DNA of 64,000 nt from an uncultured Bacilli bacterium (GTDB taxonomy: Bacteria > Bacillota_I > Bacilli_A > RF39 > UBA660), in contig CALVON010000001.1 of assembly GCA_944350315.1 (NCBI GenBank), positions 10,033 through 74,032 on the forward strand, given 5' to 3'. This document shows, piece by piece, positions 50,124-60,819 of the stretch; position 1 is the first letter of the stretch; each line of letters begins with the position of its first letter. A program made the translations under genes and the position numbers. The notes beneath the pieces are model-generated. The model was not told the DNA's origin and made no database searches. It saw only the letters and a program-made list of their open reading frames with translations.

Positions 50124-51740
50124 TTATTTTTCTATTAATACACTTCTAGTACCAATCATTGGACTACCCATACTAATATCTCCAAAATAGAATAATGCTT
50201 TATCTTTACCCCCTCTAATTATATAATCTCTATTACTCATAATTGAATTACCATTATACCAAGTATTTCCATCACTTAAAATTACTTCTTTAGTAGCACT
50301 ACCTATATTATAATTACCATATACATATTCTGATAAAGAACCAGCCATATCATATACTCCATATACATTTCTAGTAGTAGTATCTTGTTTATCATCTCCA
50401 GTAATATAACTACTATTTACTGATATACTAGAACATCCATCTATAGAACATACTCCATATTTAGAATGTGATAAATATAATGTAGCTCCCCATTCTAAAT
50501 TATTAACTATATGACTTTCTACTTTATCCCCTAAATTATAACTATTACTAAGACTACTAGTTATATTTTGATAATTAACTAATGTATCATTAGCATATCC
50601 CTCTACTAAAGGTATACTTAAATAATTATCATTATTTTTACTTATTTCATATTTATTAATCCAAAATCCCGTTAAATCATTTCCAAATACTGGATGAGTA
50701 ATATACATATCATTACTATACTTATTAGCTATTACTGTACTATTTAATTTATTTTCAAATATAATATCTATTCCATTATCATAAGCATTATAACTATCAT
50801 CTACTAAATCCATTGCATTCCATAATTTATATCTATATCTAGGTATCCATACATAGTATGCAAGTATATCTTCACTATTAATCTTCATTCCTACAGTAGT
50901 ATATACATTATTTTTAACAACTACTGCATTAGCCCATTTCTGATTATTATAATCATACCATAAATTATCTTTATTACTATTCTCCCTATCAGCTACTACC
51001 CATGAACCATTACTATATACAATAGGTACCATATTATCATATAAAATTGGTCTATTAGCACAAGAAGTATCATAATTAGCTACTCTTGTATATTCTTTCT
51101 TAGCCCCTCCATATAAAGCAATAAATACTTTCATCTTCATCTTACTATTAGCTATATTACTTTGATCTATCAAAGTACAAGTAGTTAAATCATCACAACT
51201 CTCACTTATCCACATAATTAATGTATATTTATCATAATCTTCATTATATTTAGGTAAATCTTCTTGAATAGTAGTAAGTCTATAATTATCTTCTAATATA
51301 CTACCATCAAATTCTGGAGATAAATTACCAGAAGATAATAATTTCCCATTCTTATATAAATTCCATTTAGTATATTCATTTAATAAAGAACAATCTATTT
51401 CCATATCACTTAACATAACATCATATATTAAATCTTCTTCTTTATTAGTAGATACTCCTCTTAAAGAAAACTCTAATCTAATAACATTATCTTTAGTATT
51501 TATATTTATATATTCATCACTAATAGGTTCTAATCCATTAAAAGAAATATCTTCATCTCCAACATATTCTACATTATATTCTCCCCCAGTAATTAATGTT
51601 TGTGTTCTATCATTAAGTAATTTAGAAGTAGCAAAAGTAATTCCCCCTATTCCTAATACAATAACTAATATTTCAAATACTATTACTAAAATATTTTTAT
51701 TCTTAAATCCCTTTATCTTTTTATCTTCATCCATAATCAC
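50124..51740 (-). CDS. Paralogous FGE-sulfatase-like domain protein without a VR
   Basis: It shares LWYDYNNQKWANAVVV, ILAYYVWIPRYRYKLW, ITHPVF, NLEWGATLYLSHSKYG and GVYDMAGSLSEYVYG with the 600-aa protein. Its C-terminus (IIRGGKDKALFYFGDISMG...) has no match to the TR. Confidence 0.7.
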   Translation of the reverse strand: MIMDEDKKIKGFKNKNILVIVFEILVIVLGIGGITFATSKLLNDRTQTLITGGEYNVEYVGDEDISFNGLEPISDEYININTKDNVIRLEFSLRGVSTNKEEDLIYDVMLSDMEIDCSLLNEYTKWNLYKNGKLLSSGNLSPEFDGSILEDNYRLTTIQEDLPKYNEDYDKYTLIMWISESCDDLTTCTLIDQSNIANSKMKMKVFIALYGGAKKEYTRVANYDTSCANRPILYDNMVPIVYSNGSWVVADRENSNKDNLWYDYNNQKWANAVVVKNNVYTTVGMKINSEDILAYYVWIPRYRYKLWNAMDLVDDSYNAYDNGIDIIFENKLNSTVIANKYSNDMYITHPVFGNDLTGFWINKYEISKNNDNYLSIPLVEGYANDTLVNYQNITSSLSNSYNLGDKVESHIVNNLEWGATLYLSHSKYGVCSIDGCSSISVNSSYITGDDKQDTTTRNVYGVYDMAGSLSEYVYGNYNIGSATKEVILSDGNTWYNGNSIMSNRDYIIRGGKDKALFYFGDISMGSPMIGTRSVLIEK

Positions 51741-51864
51741 ACTCTCCTCTATAAAACAATTATATTATAAATAAATATTAAAAACAAGAAAAATGAATAA
51801 TGAAATAAATAATTTCATTATTCATTTGCAATTTCTAGTATTATAATATTCTTTAATTTACAGC

Positions 51865-51907
51865 AAAAACGAGTAATCTCTTTATCTATATATGATTACT
51901 CGTTTTT
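51865..51907. terminator. Bidirectional terminator hairpin
   Basis: AAAAACGAGTAATC ... GATTACTCGTTTTT. Confidence 0.6.
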
Positions 51908-51939
51908 ATTATCTTGTGTAATATTTAATATTTTATTTT

Positions 51940-53220
51940 TTATAAATCTAAACTATTCTTATCAAGTAAAAACTCTTGAATTCCAACTACTAATATTCCC
52001 TCTTCTGTAATCCAATGTTTTATATTATCTCTTACTACTATAATCTTTTTAAAATTATCATTAACATTCATAAAAGGCCTTTCTTCTTGAAGAGTTTTTT
52101 CTCTCGTATCTAGATTTAATGTTGATTGTACATAATATCTTTTATTTCCTAAATTACATACAAAGTCTATTTCCAATTGTTTTCTATCTTTATTTTCATC
52201 TCTTATTTCAACTACACCAACATCAACATTATAACCTCTAATAATTAACTCATTATATATTATATTTTCCATTAAATGATTTTCTTCTTGTTGTCTAAAA
52301 TTTAACCTAGCATTACGAAGACCAACGTCTGAAAAATAATACTTTTGTGGAGTTTGTATATATTTTTTCCCCTTAACATCATATCTATCAGATTTATTTA
52401 CGATAAATGAATCTTCTATATATTTCATATAGGAATTAATAGTGTTAAATGATATTCCTTTTTCTCCATTACTAACAAAAGTATCATATATTTTTTTAGG
52501 ATTAGTTAATGATCCAACGGAAGAAGCTAAAATATTTATAACTGAATCAATTACATCAACTCTCTGAACATTATTACGTTCTATAATATCTTTGATATAT
52601 GTTTGATCAAATAAATCTTTTAAATATTTTGACTTTTCTTCATCCGTTTTTTTTGAAATAATTAATGGCAAACCACCATATAAAACATACTCGTTCCAAG
52701 CATCTTGTTTATCTCCATTAAAAGCTGTAACGAACTCTGAAAATGATAATGGAAATACTCTTATTTCATCTCCTCTACCTCTAAACTCAGTAATAATATC
52801 TGTAGATAAAAACTTTGAATTACTTCCAGTCACATAAACATCAAGATTTCTTTCATATAGAAAACCATTTAATACTAATTCAAAATCTTCAACCATTTGA
52901 ATTTCATCTAATAAAATATAATACATATTTTTATCTTTAATTTGTGATTTAATATATTTATTTAGTTCATGTGAATCACGATATTTTTTATTTTCTTCTT
53001 TATCTAATTCTAACTTAATAATATGATCTTCCCTTATACCACTTTCTATTAAATAATTTCTAAATAATGGATCCAATAAATACGATTTTCCACATCTTCT
53101 TATACCAGTAATTATTTTAATTAACCCATTTTCTTTTCTACTTATTAATTTATCTAAATAAACATCTCTTTTAAATTCATTTTTCAATATGTCATTGAAA
53201 ATTTTTGCCACTTTTACCAC
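51940..53220 (-). CDS. AAA-family ATPase (AAA_14 plus DUF4143 architecture)
   Basis: Walker A GIRRCGKSYLL and Walker B YYILLDEIQ. The C-terminal half is typical of DUF4143 proteins. Confidence 0.65.
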   Translation of the reverse strand: MVKVAKIFNDILKNEFKRDVYLDKLISRKENGLIKIITGIRRCGKSYLLDPLFRNYLIESGIREDHIIKLELDKEENKKYRDSHELNKYIKSQIKDKNMYYILLDEIQMVEDFELVLNGFLYERNLDVYVTGSNSKFLSTDIITEFRGRGDEIRVFPLSFSEFVTAFNGDKQDAWNEYVLYGGLPLIISKKTDEEKSKYLKDLFDQTYIKDIIERNNVQRVDVIDSVINILASSVGSLTNPKKIYDTFVSNGEKGISFNTINSYMKYIEDSFIVNKSDRYDVKGKKYIQTPQKYYFSDVGLRNARLNFRQQEENHLMENIIYNELIIRGYNVDVGVVEIRDENKDRKQLEIDFVCNLGNKRYYVQSTLNLDTREKTLQEERPFMNVNDNFKKIIVVRDNIKHWITEEGILVVGIQEFLLDKNSLDL

Positions 53221-53298
53221 TTTTTTTCAATAGTAGTATATACCTTTAATCATAAAATATTCATTTTTAGTAAAAAAAGAATAACCTGTATTCTTTTT

Positions 53299-54672
53299 CT
53301 AAAACTTAATTCTCTTCTCTATATAATCTTCTATTTCATCTATCTTAATAACTACTTGTTCCATAGTATCTCTATCTCTTACTGTAACTGTATTATTATT
53401 AATACTATCATCATCAATAGTTATACAAAAAGGTGTTCCAATAGCATCTTCTCTACGATATCTTTTTCCAATAGAACCACTCTCATCATAACAACACATA
53501 AAACTTTTACTAAGTTTTTTATATATTTCTAAAGCCTTTTCACTATGATATTTCTTTACTAATGGTAATATTGCACATTTATATGGTGCTATATATGGAT
53601 GAAATTTCATTACTTCTCTAGTATCCCCATTATCTAATTCTTCTAATTCATAACTATTACATAAAATAGTTAAAAATAATCTTTCCACTCCTAAAGAAGG
53701 CTCTATTACATAAGGAATATATTTCTCATTAGTATCTGGATCTAAATATAATTGACTAACCCCACTATATTTTTGATGTTGTGATAAATCATAATCAGTT
53801 CTACTAGCAATTCCCCATAATTCTCCCCATCCAAAAGGAAACTTATATTCTATATCAGTAGTAGCATTACTATAAAAACAAAGTTCTTCTTTTGAATGAT
53901 CTCTAAGTCTTAAATTCTCTTCCTTAACACCTAAATCTAATAAAAACTTCTTACATTCATCTTTATAATATTTAAACCATTCAAGTTCTGTTCCTGGTTT
54001 ACAGAAAAATTCTAATTCCATTTGTTCAAATTCTCTAACTCTAAATATAAAATTACCAGGAGTTATTTCATTTCTAAAACTTTTTCCAACTTGCCCTATT
54101 CCAAAAGGAACTTTTAATCTCATACTTCTTTGTACATTTAAAAAATTAGTAAAAATTCCCTGTGCTGTCTCTGGCCTTAAATATACTACACTCTTATTAT
54201 CTTCAGTAACTCCCTGAAATGTTTTAAACATTAAATTAAATTTTCTTATATCAGTAAAATCACTTTTTCCACACTTTGGACAAGTTATTTTATGTTCTTT
54301 AATATAATTAACTAATTCTTTATCATCCATACATCCTGCATCACTACAACCATTATCTTCAACTAACTTATCTGCTCTATATCTCATTTTACAACATTTA
54401 CAATCAATAAGTGGATCTGAAAAAGTCGTAATATGTCCTGATGCTTCCCATGTTTTAGGATTCATAAGTATTGCTGAATCAAGTGAAACATTATTTGTAT
54501 CTTCTTGAATAAATCTCTTAATCCAAGCTTCTTTCAAATTTCTTTTAAGTAATACCCCAACTGGTCCAAAATCAAAAGTATTAGCAAGTCCTCCATATAT
54601 CTCACTACCTTGAAATACAAAACCATACTGTTTACAATAATTAACCATCTCTTGCATCTTATTTTCTTTCAT
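53299..54672 (-). CDS. glyQS: Glycine--tRNA ligase (dimeric alpha2 type)
   Basis: [85 protein letters not shown] before the ATG at 54672. The ORF-track extension is unsupported. Confidence 0.95.
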   Translation of the reverse strand: MKENKMQEMVNYCKQYGFVFQGSEIYGGLANTFDFGPVGVLLKRNLKEAWIKRFIQEDTNNVSLDSAILMNPKTWEASGHITTFSDPLIDCKCCKMRYRADKLVEDNGCSDAGCMDDKELVNYIKEHKITCPKCGKSDFTDIRKFNLMFKTFQGVTEDNKSVVYLRPETAQGIFTNFLNVQRSMRLKVPFGIGQVGKSFRNEITPGNFIFRVREFEQMELEFFCKPGTELEWFKYYKDECKKFLLDLGVKEENLRLRDHSKEELCFYSNATTDIEYKFPFGWGELWGIASRTDYDLSQHQKYSGVSQLYLDPDTNEKYIPYVIEPSLGVERLFLTILCNSYELEELDNGDTREVMKFHPYIAPYKCAILPLVKKYHSEKALEIYKKLSKSFMCCYDESGSIGKRYRREDAIGTPFCITIDDDSINNNTVTVRDRDTMEQVVIKIDEIEDYIEKRIKF

Positions 54673-54682
54673 TTTATCCCTC

Positions 54683-55024
54683 CTAATGCTTAATTGAACT
54701 ATAACTACTTGTAAAACCAATATCATATAGTAAAAATAATTCTACTAATCTACTTATTTTTTCTACATCTTCTGAATCTATCATATTAAGTAACTTCAAA
54801 AGTTCATTACTATCACTATAAACTAAATATAAATTATCTTCTATTCCATTAACATAATCATCATCAGAAAATAATATTTTATTAACAATATCTAAATTAT
54901 TCTCATATACATGATCTAAAAAATACATAATATAATCTAAAAAATAATCATCAATCTGTATAGGTCTTTGTATACAACTTATAATATCATATAAAAATAA
55001 TACCATATATCTATTTACAAACAT
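54683..55024 (-). CDS. Hypothetical acidic 113-aa protein between the T-box leader and glyQS
   Basis: GGGGGA RBS 6 nt before the ATG at 55024. It stops 10 nt before the glyQS start. No family recognised. Confidence 0.4.
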   Translation of the reverse strand: MFVNRYMVLFLYDIISCIQRPIQIDDYFLDYIMYFLDHVYENNLDIVNKILFSDDDYVNGIEDNLYLVYSDSNELLKLLNMIDSEDVEKISRLVELFLLYDIGFTSSYSSIKH

Positions 55025-55042
55025 AATATCCCCCTAATAAAT

Positions 55043-55165
55043 AAAAAAATTCTTATATATGTAAAGACGATTTAAACCGCGGTTCCACTTTACTTATTCA
55101 TAAGAATCTCTCATAATATATTGCTGATAGGTTTCCAAGCCCGTCATCACATTTAAAATAAATAT
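55043..55165 (-). promoter_or_regulatory. T-box riboswitch leader (Gly-type), unusually short
   Basis: The minus strand carries AAGTAAAGTGGAACCGCGG (T-box core, 55095..55077), with UGGA as expected for a U73 tRNA-Gly discriminator. A helix ATTCTTAT..GTAAAG / CTTTAC..ATAAGAAT is followed by TTTTTTT (55049..55043). A GA-motif-like UGAUGA...CAGCA flanks a small loop containing GGC (55141..55139). Confidence 0.6.
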
Positions 55166-55171
55166 ACCAAG

Positions 55172-55200
55172 ATTATAACATTGATATTATCCATTGTCAA
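55172..55200 (-). promoter_or_regulatory. Consensus sigma-A promoter (TTGACA-17-TATAAT) of the T-box/glyQS unit
   Basis: The minus strand reads TTGACA (55200..55195), a 17-nt spacer, then TATAAT (55177..55172). Confidence 0.6.
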
Positions 55201-55203
55201 TAA

Positions 55204-56004
55204 TTACTTTACCAATTTCCTAGTAATAACTCTTTCTAAATACTCTCTAGATCCAGCATCTAAATGACTAGTACCAACATCATCTTTTTCATAATTAACA
55301 CCAATTCTATTTAACATATCTTCATCAAATATTACAACCCCATCACTTTCTTTTCCCGTTAATTTATATATCATATCATAAAAAGATATTACTAATTTAT
55401 TCTTCTCTCTTAATCTATCAATACTACTAGATAATATTAATACTTTATTAAAATCTATTTTACTAAAATCTAATCCTCTGTAATTATCATCATTAAACCC
55501 ATAATCTCTATTAACTATCTTCTTAACAATTTTTAATAATAATTTTTCATAACTTGTAAGTAATTTATCTATCTTATCAAAATCACTAGGATTTGCTAGT
55601 GGAGTTCCTAAACAAGGTGGGTGTATTGCTATTACTTGATGAACTAAATCAGATTTAGAAGCATAAGAAGCAATCATTCCTCCATGGCTATCAGTTACAA
55701 TATCAACATCTTTAATATTTGCTTCTTTTAAAGCTGCTACTAAATTCTTACTAAAATTCATAGCATTAATATCTTTTTTATTAGCATAATTAAGCGGATA
55801 TTCATAAAACCAACTACCACTAAACATTTCGTGTCCACAATCAAAAGTATATCCACTACCCTCAATTACATGAAAACGATGTTCTAATTGTCCACCAATA
55901 TATATAACAGGTCTTTCATTGTCATTAATTCTATTCATATCAAGATATAAACTACCTAATTCATTAGGCTTAAACCTTACTCTATTCTTTCTATAATTAA
56001 TCAT
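55204..56004 (-). CDS. Alpha/beta-hydrolase-fold (lipase/esterase-like) protein
   Basis: Nucleophile-elbow-like VTDSHGGM and overall size. Weak call. Confidence 0.35.
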   Translation of the reverse strand: MINYRKNRVRFKPNELGSLYLDMNRINDNERPVIYIGGQLEHRFHVIEGSGYTFDCGHEMFSGSWFYEYPLNYANKKDINAMNFSKNLVAALKEANIKDVDIVTDSHGGMIASYASKSDLVHQVIAIHPPCLGTPLANPSDFDKIDKLLTSYEKLLLKIVKKIVNRDYGFNDDNYRGLDFSKIDFNKVLILSSSIDRLREKNKLVISFYDMIYKLTGKESDGVVIFDEDMLNRIGVNYEKDDVGTSHLDAGSREYLERVITRKLVK

Positions 56005-56054
56005 ATTATCCCCCTTTAAAATTATCCATATAATATCATATTTTTATAAATATA

Positions 56055-58061
56055 TCAACTTTGATTATATACAATCAATCTATGTTGAGCTCTAGTTATT
56101 GCTACATAATATAAATTCTTCTCATCTTCATTATATTTATTATCTTTATCAGTATAAATAATTACATTATCAAATTCTAACCCCTTAGCCATATAAACAG
56201 GCAATACTACAAACTCCTTATTAAATTTACCTAAATTATTACTTATTATACTAATTCCCATGTCTTTAAATAAATTATATATTTTTTCACACTCTAAATT
56301 ATTTTTAGTAATAATAGCTAAACTACCCTTATTATTCTTACATATATCTATATCACTACTCATCTCACTATATAAATTATCTTCTTTTCTTATTATTACC
56401 GGTTTTTTCTTTCCCCTTCTAATGGCTATAATATTATCTATATTTAAAACATTATTAGCATATTTAACTATCTCTTCACTAGATCTATAAGCCTTATTCA
56501 ATTCAATATATTTACTATCTTCTAATATATTACATATATCTTCTAAAGACCTATATTTATAATATGGATTTATAGTCTGATTAACATCTCCCAGTATCGT
56601 ATAAGAAGCATTTTTAAATATCTTACTAATTAATTTTATTTGTCCTAAAGAATAATCTTGTGCTTCATCAATAACTATTTCTTTAATATAAGTATTATAA
56701 TTATATCCATACATCTTATATTTTATATATATAAATAAACAAGCATCATCATACTTAATAAAACTTCTTCCCTTAATATCTATTTTTCTATATATCTTAC
56801 TATATCTACTAACAAAAAAATCTTTATATATAGAAATTAAATTCCTAGAAACATTAATTCTTTCATATAATTCTTTTTCTATCTTTTTACTTTTAAAAGT
56901 ACTTCCATTAAAATTATTTTCGCTAATTTTATTAGCCATAAACTTAACTCTCTCTCCCAAAGGAAATTTATTATATCTAACTCTTAACATATAATTAAGT
57001 TCATCCTTCGTATAACTATAATCTCTAGTAAATAAATTATCAATAAATTTTGCCTTATTACATATATCCATAATATAATTATCTATATCATCATATATTC
57101 CATCACTCTGTTTATATTTAATAAATTCAAAATCATCCCTATCTACATAACTTCTCTCTATAAAATCAGTAAAAGTTTCTACTTTATTAAATTCTTTTAT
57201 TTCTATATCTAAAAAATCATTAATTGTAGTTTGTAATGTATTATCTTCACCAAGCTCTGGTAAAACATTTGATATATATTCAGAAAAAACTTTATTTGGA
57301 GAAAAAATTAAAACATTATTTGAATTTAAATTCTTAATTCTATAAAGAAGAAAAGCTATTCGATGAAGAGCAACAGATGTTTTTCCTGATCCAGCAATTC
57401 CTTGAACAATTAAATTACGATTATCCAGATTTCTAATAACCATATTTTGTTCACTTTGTATTGTATTAACAATATTTTTCATCTTATCAGAACTATCACT
57501 TGCCAATACTTCTTGAAGTAACTCATCACTTATATTTTTATTATTATCAAATGTATGTAATAATTTTCCTTCTTTAATCGTATATTGTCTTTTTAAAGTT
57601 ATCTCTCCATCAATTTTCCCCATTGGTGCTAAATAACTAGCCTTCCCAATTTCATAATCATAAAATAAATTACAAATAGGACTACGCCAATCATGAATAT
57701 AATAATCATTCTTATCATCAAGTAAATGGGTAATTCCAATATAAACATCATAAACCTGTTTCCCATCATCAAATTTTATTCTTCCAAAATAAGGTTTATT
57801 TTGTATTTTATATAATTTTTGTAAATATTCTCCCTTATTAGTCATCAATCTAATTTCAACATCATTATTACTCATCATACTTTTAAATTCAGCTCCATCC
57901 ATTGAAGCTCTACTATCCCACATAAATCTTTTAAACTCGATTATTTTATCTTCCCTATCATATAATTCTTGTCCTAAAGTACTAATCTTATTTCTTATAA
58001 GCTTAATCGTTTTATCTAGTCTCTTTTTTTCCAAATTAATTTCTACTTTTGATAATTCCAT
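56055..58061 (-). CDS. helD: HelD-like UvrD/Rep superfamily-1 helicase
   Basis: GIAGSGKTSVALHRIAFLLY (motif I), VIDEAQDYS (motif II), YRSSEEI, GLEFDNVII, LYVAITRAQHRL. An N-terminal coiled-coil arm is typical of HelD. The ATG at 58061 has a GGAGGTG RBS. Confidence 0.7.
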   Translation of the reverse strand: MELSKVEINLEKKRLDKTIKLIRNKISTLGQELYDREDKIIEFKRFMWDSRASMDGAEFKSMMSNNDVEIRLMTNKGEYLQKLYKIQNKPYFGRIKFDDGKQVYDVYIGITHLLDDKNDYYIHDWRSPICNLFYDYEIGKASYLAPMGKIDGEITLKRQYTIKEGKLLHTFDNNKNISDELLQEVLASDSSDKMKNIVNTIQSEQNMVIRNLDNRNLIVQGIAGSGKTSVALHRIAFLLYRIKNLNSNNVLIFSPNKVFSEYISNVLPELGEDNTLQTTINDFLDIEIKEFNKVETFTDFIERSYVDRDDFEFIKYKQSDGIYDDIDNYIMDICNKAKFIDNLFTRDYSYTKDELNYMLRVRYNKFPLGERVKFMANKISENNFNGSTFKSKKIEKELYERINVSRNLISIYKDFFVSRYSKIYRKIDIKGRSFIKYDDACLFIYIKYKMYGYNYNTYIKEIVIDEAQDYSLGQIKLISKIFKNASYTILGDVNQTINPYYKYRSLEDICNILEDSKYIELNKAYRSSEEIVKYANNVLNIDNIIAIRRGKKKPVIIRKEDNLYSEMSSDIDICKNNKGSLAIITKNNLECEKIYNLFKDMGISIISNNLGKFNKEFVVLPVYMAKGLEFDNVIIYTDKDNKYNEDEKNLYYVAITRAQHRLIVYNQS

Positions 58062-58177
58062 ATACACCTCCATACAACGCAAAAAAACGCTTTCTTTTTC
58101 AAAAAAACGTCACTATCAAATAAACACAATGAAGTCTATATAAATATATCATAAACTTTTTTTATAATCAATTAAAA

Positions 58178-59236
58178 TTACATTTTTTCATTAATTTTAT
58201 CTATTTCCTTATTAACTTCATCAATATCTATATAAAAATTATTAATATTATTAGAAAGTCTATACTTATTTTTTATATCTACAATCTTATTATAATTATT
58301 AATAATTAAATTTATATCAATCTTTTTATCATTTATCATCTTATATAAACAACTATATATCTTTTTTATATCATTTTTCTTATATTTTATCATAATAATA
58401 TTACATCCACTATTAATACTTTTAATTATTAATTTTCTAATTCCATACATATATTTCATAGTATTCATTCTTAAATCATCTGTAATTATTAATCCATGAT
58501 AATTATATCTATTAATTAAATACTTATCAATAATTTCTCTATTAATAGTAGCAGGCTTATTACCATAACCTCGTACTTTTAAATGTCCTACCATAATAGC
58601 ATCACATCCACTTTTTATAGCCTCACCATAAACATCTAAATCATCCTCCATCTTTTTTACATTAGTAATATTTGGTATCAAATAATGACTATCTTCCATA
58701 ACAAGACCATGTCCTGGAAAATGTTTTACAACTGAAATTATTCCCTTATCATACATTGCCTTTATCATTGGTAATCCATATTTAATTACTTCATTTTTAT
58801 TGTTTCCATAACTACGATTTCCTATTACTTTATTATCATAATTAATATCTAATACCGGAGCTAAATTCATATTAACACCAACCATCGATAATATATTAGC
58901 AGTAATTTCATTACATTTATTAATAACTTTCATGTTTTTAGAACTAGCCTGTCTAAGTGGATTATATATTCTTTTAATTTCTAGAGGGAACCTATTAACT
59001 CTACCATTTTCTTGATCTATTGCAATAAATAATGGAATATTATTACTATTAATTTCTTTTAACTTATTAATAAAATTAACCATTGACTCCATATCAGAAT
59101 AATTTTTTCTATATATAACAACTCCACCTATTTTATAATTTTTAATTAAATCTATAATCTCATCATTTATTTTATCAATATCTAACCCTATCATAATCAT
59201 TTGAAAAAACATATCACATAAATTATTTATCATCAT
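58178..59236 (-). CDS. nagZ: Glycoside hydrolase family 3 beta-N-acetylhexosaminidase (NagZ-like)
   Basis: IDQENGRV, KHFPGHG, IITDDLRM. Confidence 0.75.
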   Translation of the reverse strand: MMINNLCDMFFQMIMIGLDIDKINDEIIDLIKNYKIGGVVIYRKNYSDMESMVNFINKLKEINSNNIPLFIAIDQENGRVNRFPLEIKRIYNPLRQASSKNMKVINKCNEITANILSMVGVNMNLAPVLDINYDNKVIGNRSYGNNKNEVIKYGLPMIKAMYDKGIISVVKHFPGHGLVMEDSHYLIPNITNVKKMEDDLDVYGEAIKSGCDAIMVGHLKVRGYGNKPATINREIIDKYLINRYNYHGLIITDDLRMNTMKYMYGIRKLIIKSINSGCNIIMIKYKKNDIKKIYSCLYKMINDKKIDINLIINNYNKIVDIKNKYRLSNNINNFYIDIDEVNKEIDKINEKM

Positions 59237-59285
59237 ATCACCATATAATTAATTATATCATAAAAAAAGTATGAATTGTATCATA

Positions 59286-59978
59286 CTATTGTTTATTTTT
59301 AGTTATATATTTATCATATATTTTCTTTAAAGTCTCTAACTTAATTTTAAAATTAGGAAATGAATTAACAAGTCTCTTAGTCCATCTAGAATTTTTAATT
59401 AAATATTCTTTAATTAACTTATTCATTTCTTCAGTATCATCTTTATATTTATCTAATTTAATATTTTTAAATTTTAAAATAACTATAAATGATAATACAA
59501 AATCTACTAAAAAGATAACCATCAAGCATATTCCTAAAATTATTAAAATCGTCCTTGGTATCATATCTAAAATGCTAACTAATAAAGGATTAACTAAATA
59601 CATAATAACTAAACCACATAAACCAAAGGGAATTGCCGTTTCTAAACAAATTCTTCCGTTTATATTAAATTTTCTATTACTATAATCCCACCATCTGGCA
59701 TTAAATAAAACTTCCATAATATAACTAGTTAAATATTCAAGTGTCATGCATAAAAGCATTGCTAAAAGGAACAAAACAATAAAATTATCCATATATTCCT
59801 GAAGAAAATTAATTATTAATAAAACACCTATCCCATATATTGGACAATACGGGCCAATTAAAAAACCTCTATTAACAAATTTATGTTGACTAGTATACGT
59901 TCTAATAACTTCTATAAGCCAGCCCAACATAGAATAAATTAAAAATAAAATAAAGTAATAGCAAATATCATATAACAT
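59286..59978 (-). CDS. Polytopic membrane protein (putative ABC-transporter type IV / CmpB-like family)
   Basis: 230 aa with 5-6 TMs, GWLIEV and GPYCPIYG motifs. Confidence 0.4.
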   Translation of the reverse strand: MLYDICYYFILFLIYSMLGWLIEVIRTYTSQHKFVNRGFLIGPYCPIYGIGVLLIINFLQEYMDNFIVLFLLAMLLCMTLEYLTSYIMEVLFNARWWDYSNRKFNINGRICLETAIPFGLCGLVIMYLVNPLLVSILDMIPRTILIILGICLMVIFLVDFVLSFIVILKFKNIKLDKYKDDTEEMNKLIKEYLIKNSRWTKRLVNSFPNFKIKLETLKKIYDKYITKNKQ

Positions 59979-60819
59979 TATTTATTCCCCTTTGCATTTT
60001 ATATGCTAATAAAACATTATATCCAAGCATAGCAACCGTCATCGGACCAACTCCACCAGGAACAGGCGTAATATATTTTACTTTAGATATTACTTTATCA
60101 TAGTCAACATCACCACATAATTTCAAATTATTATCCCTATTAATTCCCACATCTATTATTATAGAATCATCTTTTACCATCGTATCATCAATAAATTTAG
60201 CTTTTCCAACACAACTAATAAGAATATCTGCATCCTTAGTATATTTTTCTAAGTTTTTTGTTTTTGAATGACACAAAGTTACTGTTGCTCCCGCATTAGT
60301 TAACATCATACTCATAGGTTTACCTACTAAATTGCTTCTTCCAATAACCACAGCATGTAATCCCTCTACACAAATATTATATCTTTTAAATAATTCCATA
60401 ATTCCATAAGGAGTACAAGAAAATAATGCTTTTTTATTATGAAATAACAATCCTGCATTAACATCAGTAAGTCCATCAACATCCTTTTCAGGTAATACTG
60501 CATTTTGAATTGTATCAATATCTATATGCTTTGGTAATGGCATCTGCACTAAAATTCCATTAACAGAATCATCTTCATTTAATTTATTTATAATTTTTAA
60601 TAATTCATCTGTATTAATTTCTTCAGCAAGCTTAATATGACGATAATTATATCCAATATAATTAGCCATTTTTTCTTTTTGTCTAATATAAACATTACTA
60701 GCATCATCATTTCCTGCCTGAATAACTACTAAAGTAGGTTTAATATCTAACTTACTAACTTCTTCTTTAAGTTCTTCTAATACTTGTTCTTTTATTTTCT
60801 TACCATCAATTATTGTCAT
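59968..60819 (-). CDS. folD: Bifunctional methylenetetrahydrofolate dehydrogenase/cyclohydrolase
   Basis: DASNVYIRQKEK, GILVQMPLP, VIGRSNLVGKPM, TPVPGGVGPMTVAML. ATG at 60819. Confidence 0.95.
   Translation of the reverse strand: MTIIDGKKIKEQVLEELKEEVSKLDIKPTLVVIQAGNDDASNVYIRQKEKMANYIGYNYRHIKLAEEINTDELLKIINKLNEDDSVNGILVQMPLPKHIDIDTIQNAVLPEKDVDGLTDVNAGLLFHNKKALFSCTPYGIMELFKRYNICVEGLHAVVIGRSNLVGKPMSMMLTNAGATVTLCHSKTKNLEKYTKDADILISCVGKAKFIDDTMVKDDSIIIDVGINRDNNLKLCGDVDYDKVISKVKYITPVPGGVGPMTVAMLGYNVLLAYKMQRGINNVI

Noticed and set aside
51650-51740. Possible prepilin signal in the 538-aa protein (..KKIKGFKNKNILVIVFEILVIV..), and SipW/TasA-class signal peptides in the 600-aa protein (GGTLAYW) and the partial ORF at 1-86 (GATFA)
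   Set aside because: The KGF is not followed by the (T/S)L(I/V)E motif, and the Glu is at the wrong distance. The resemblance to SipW-class signals is suggestive but cannot be verified by eye without a profile (TIGR04088) search.
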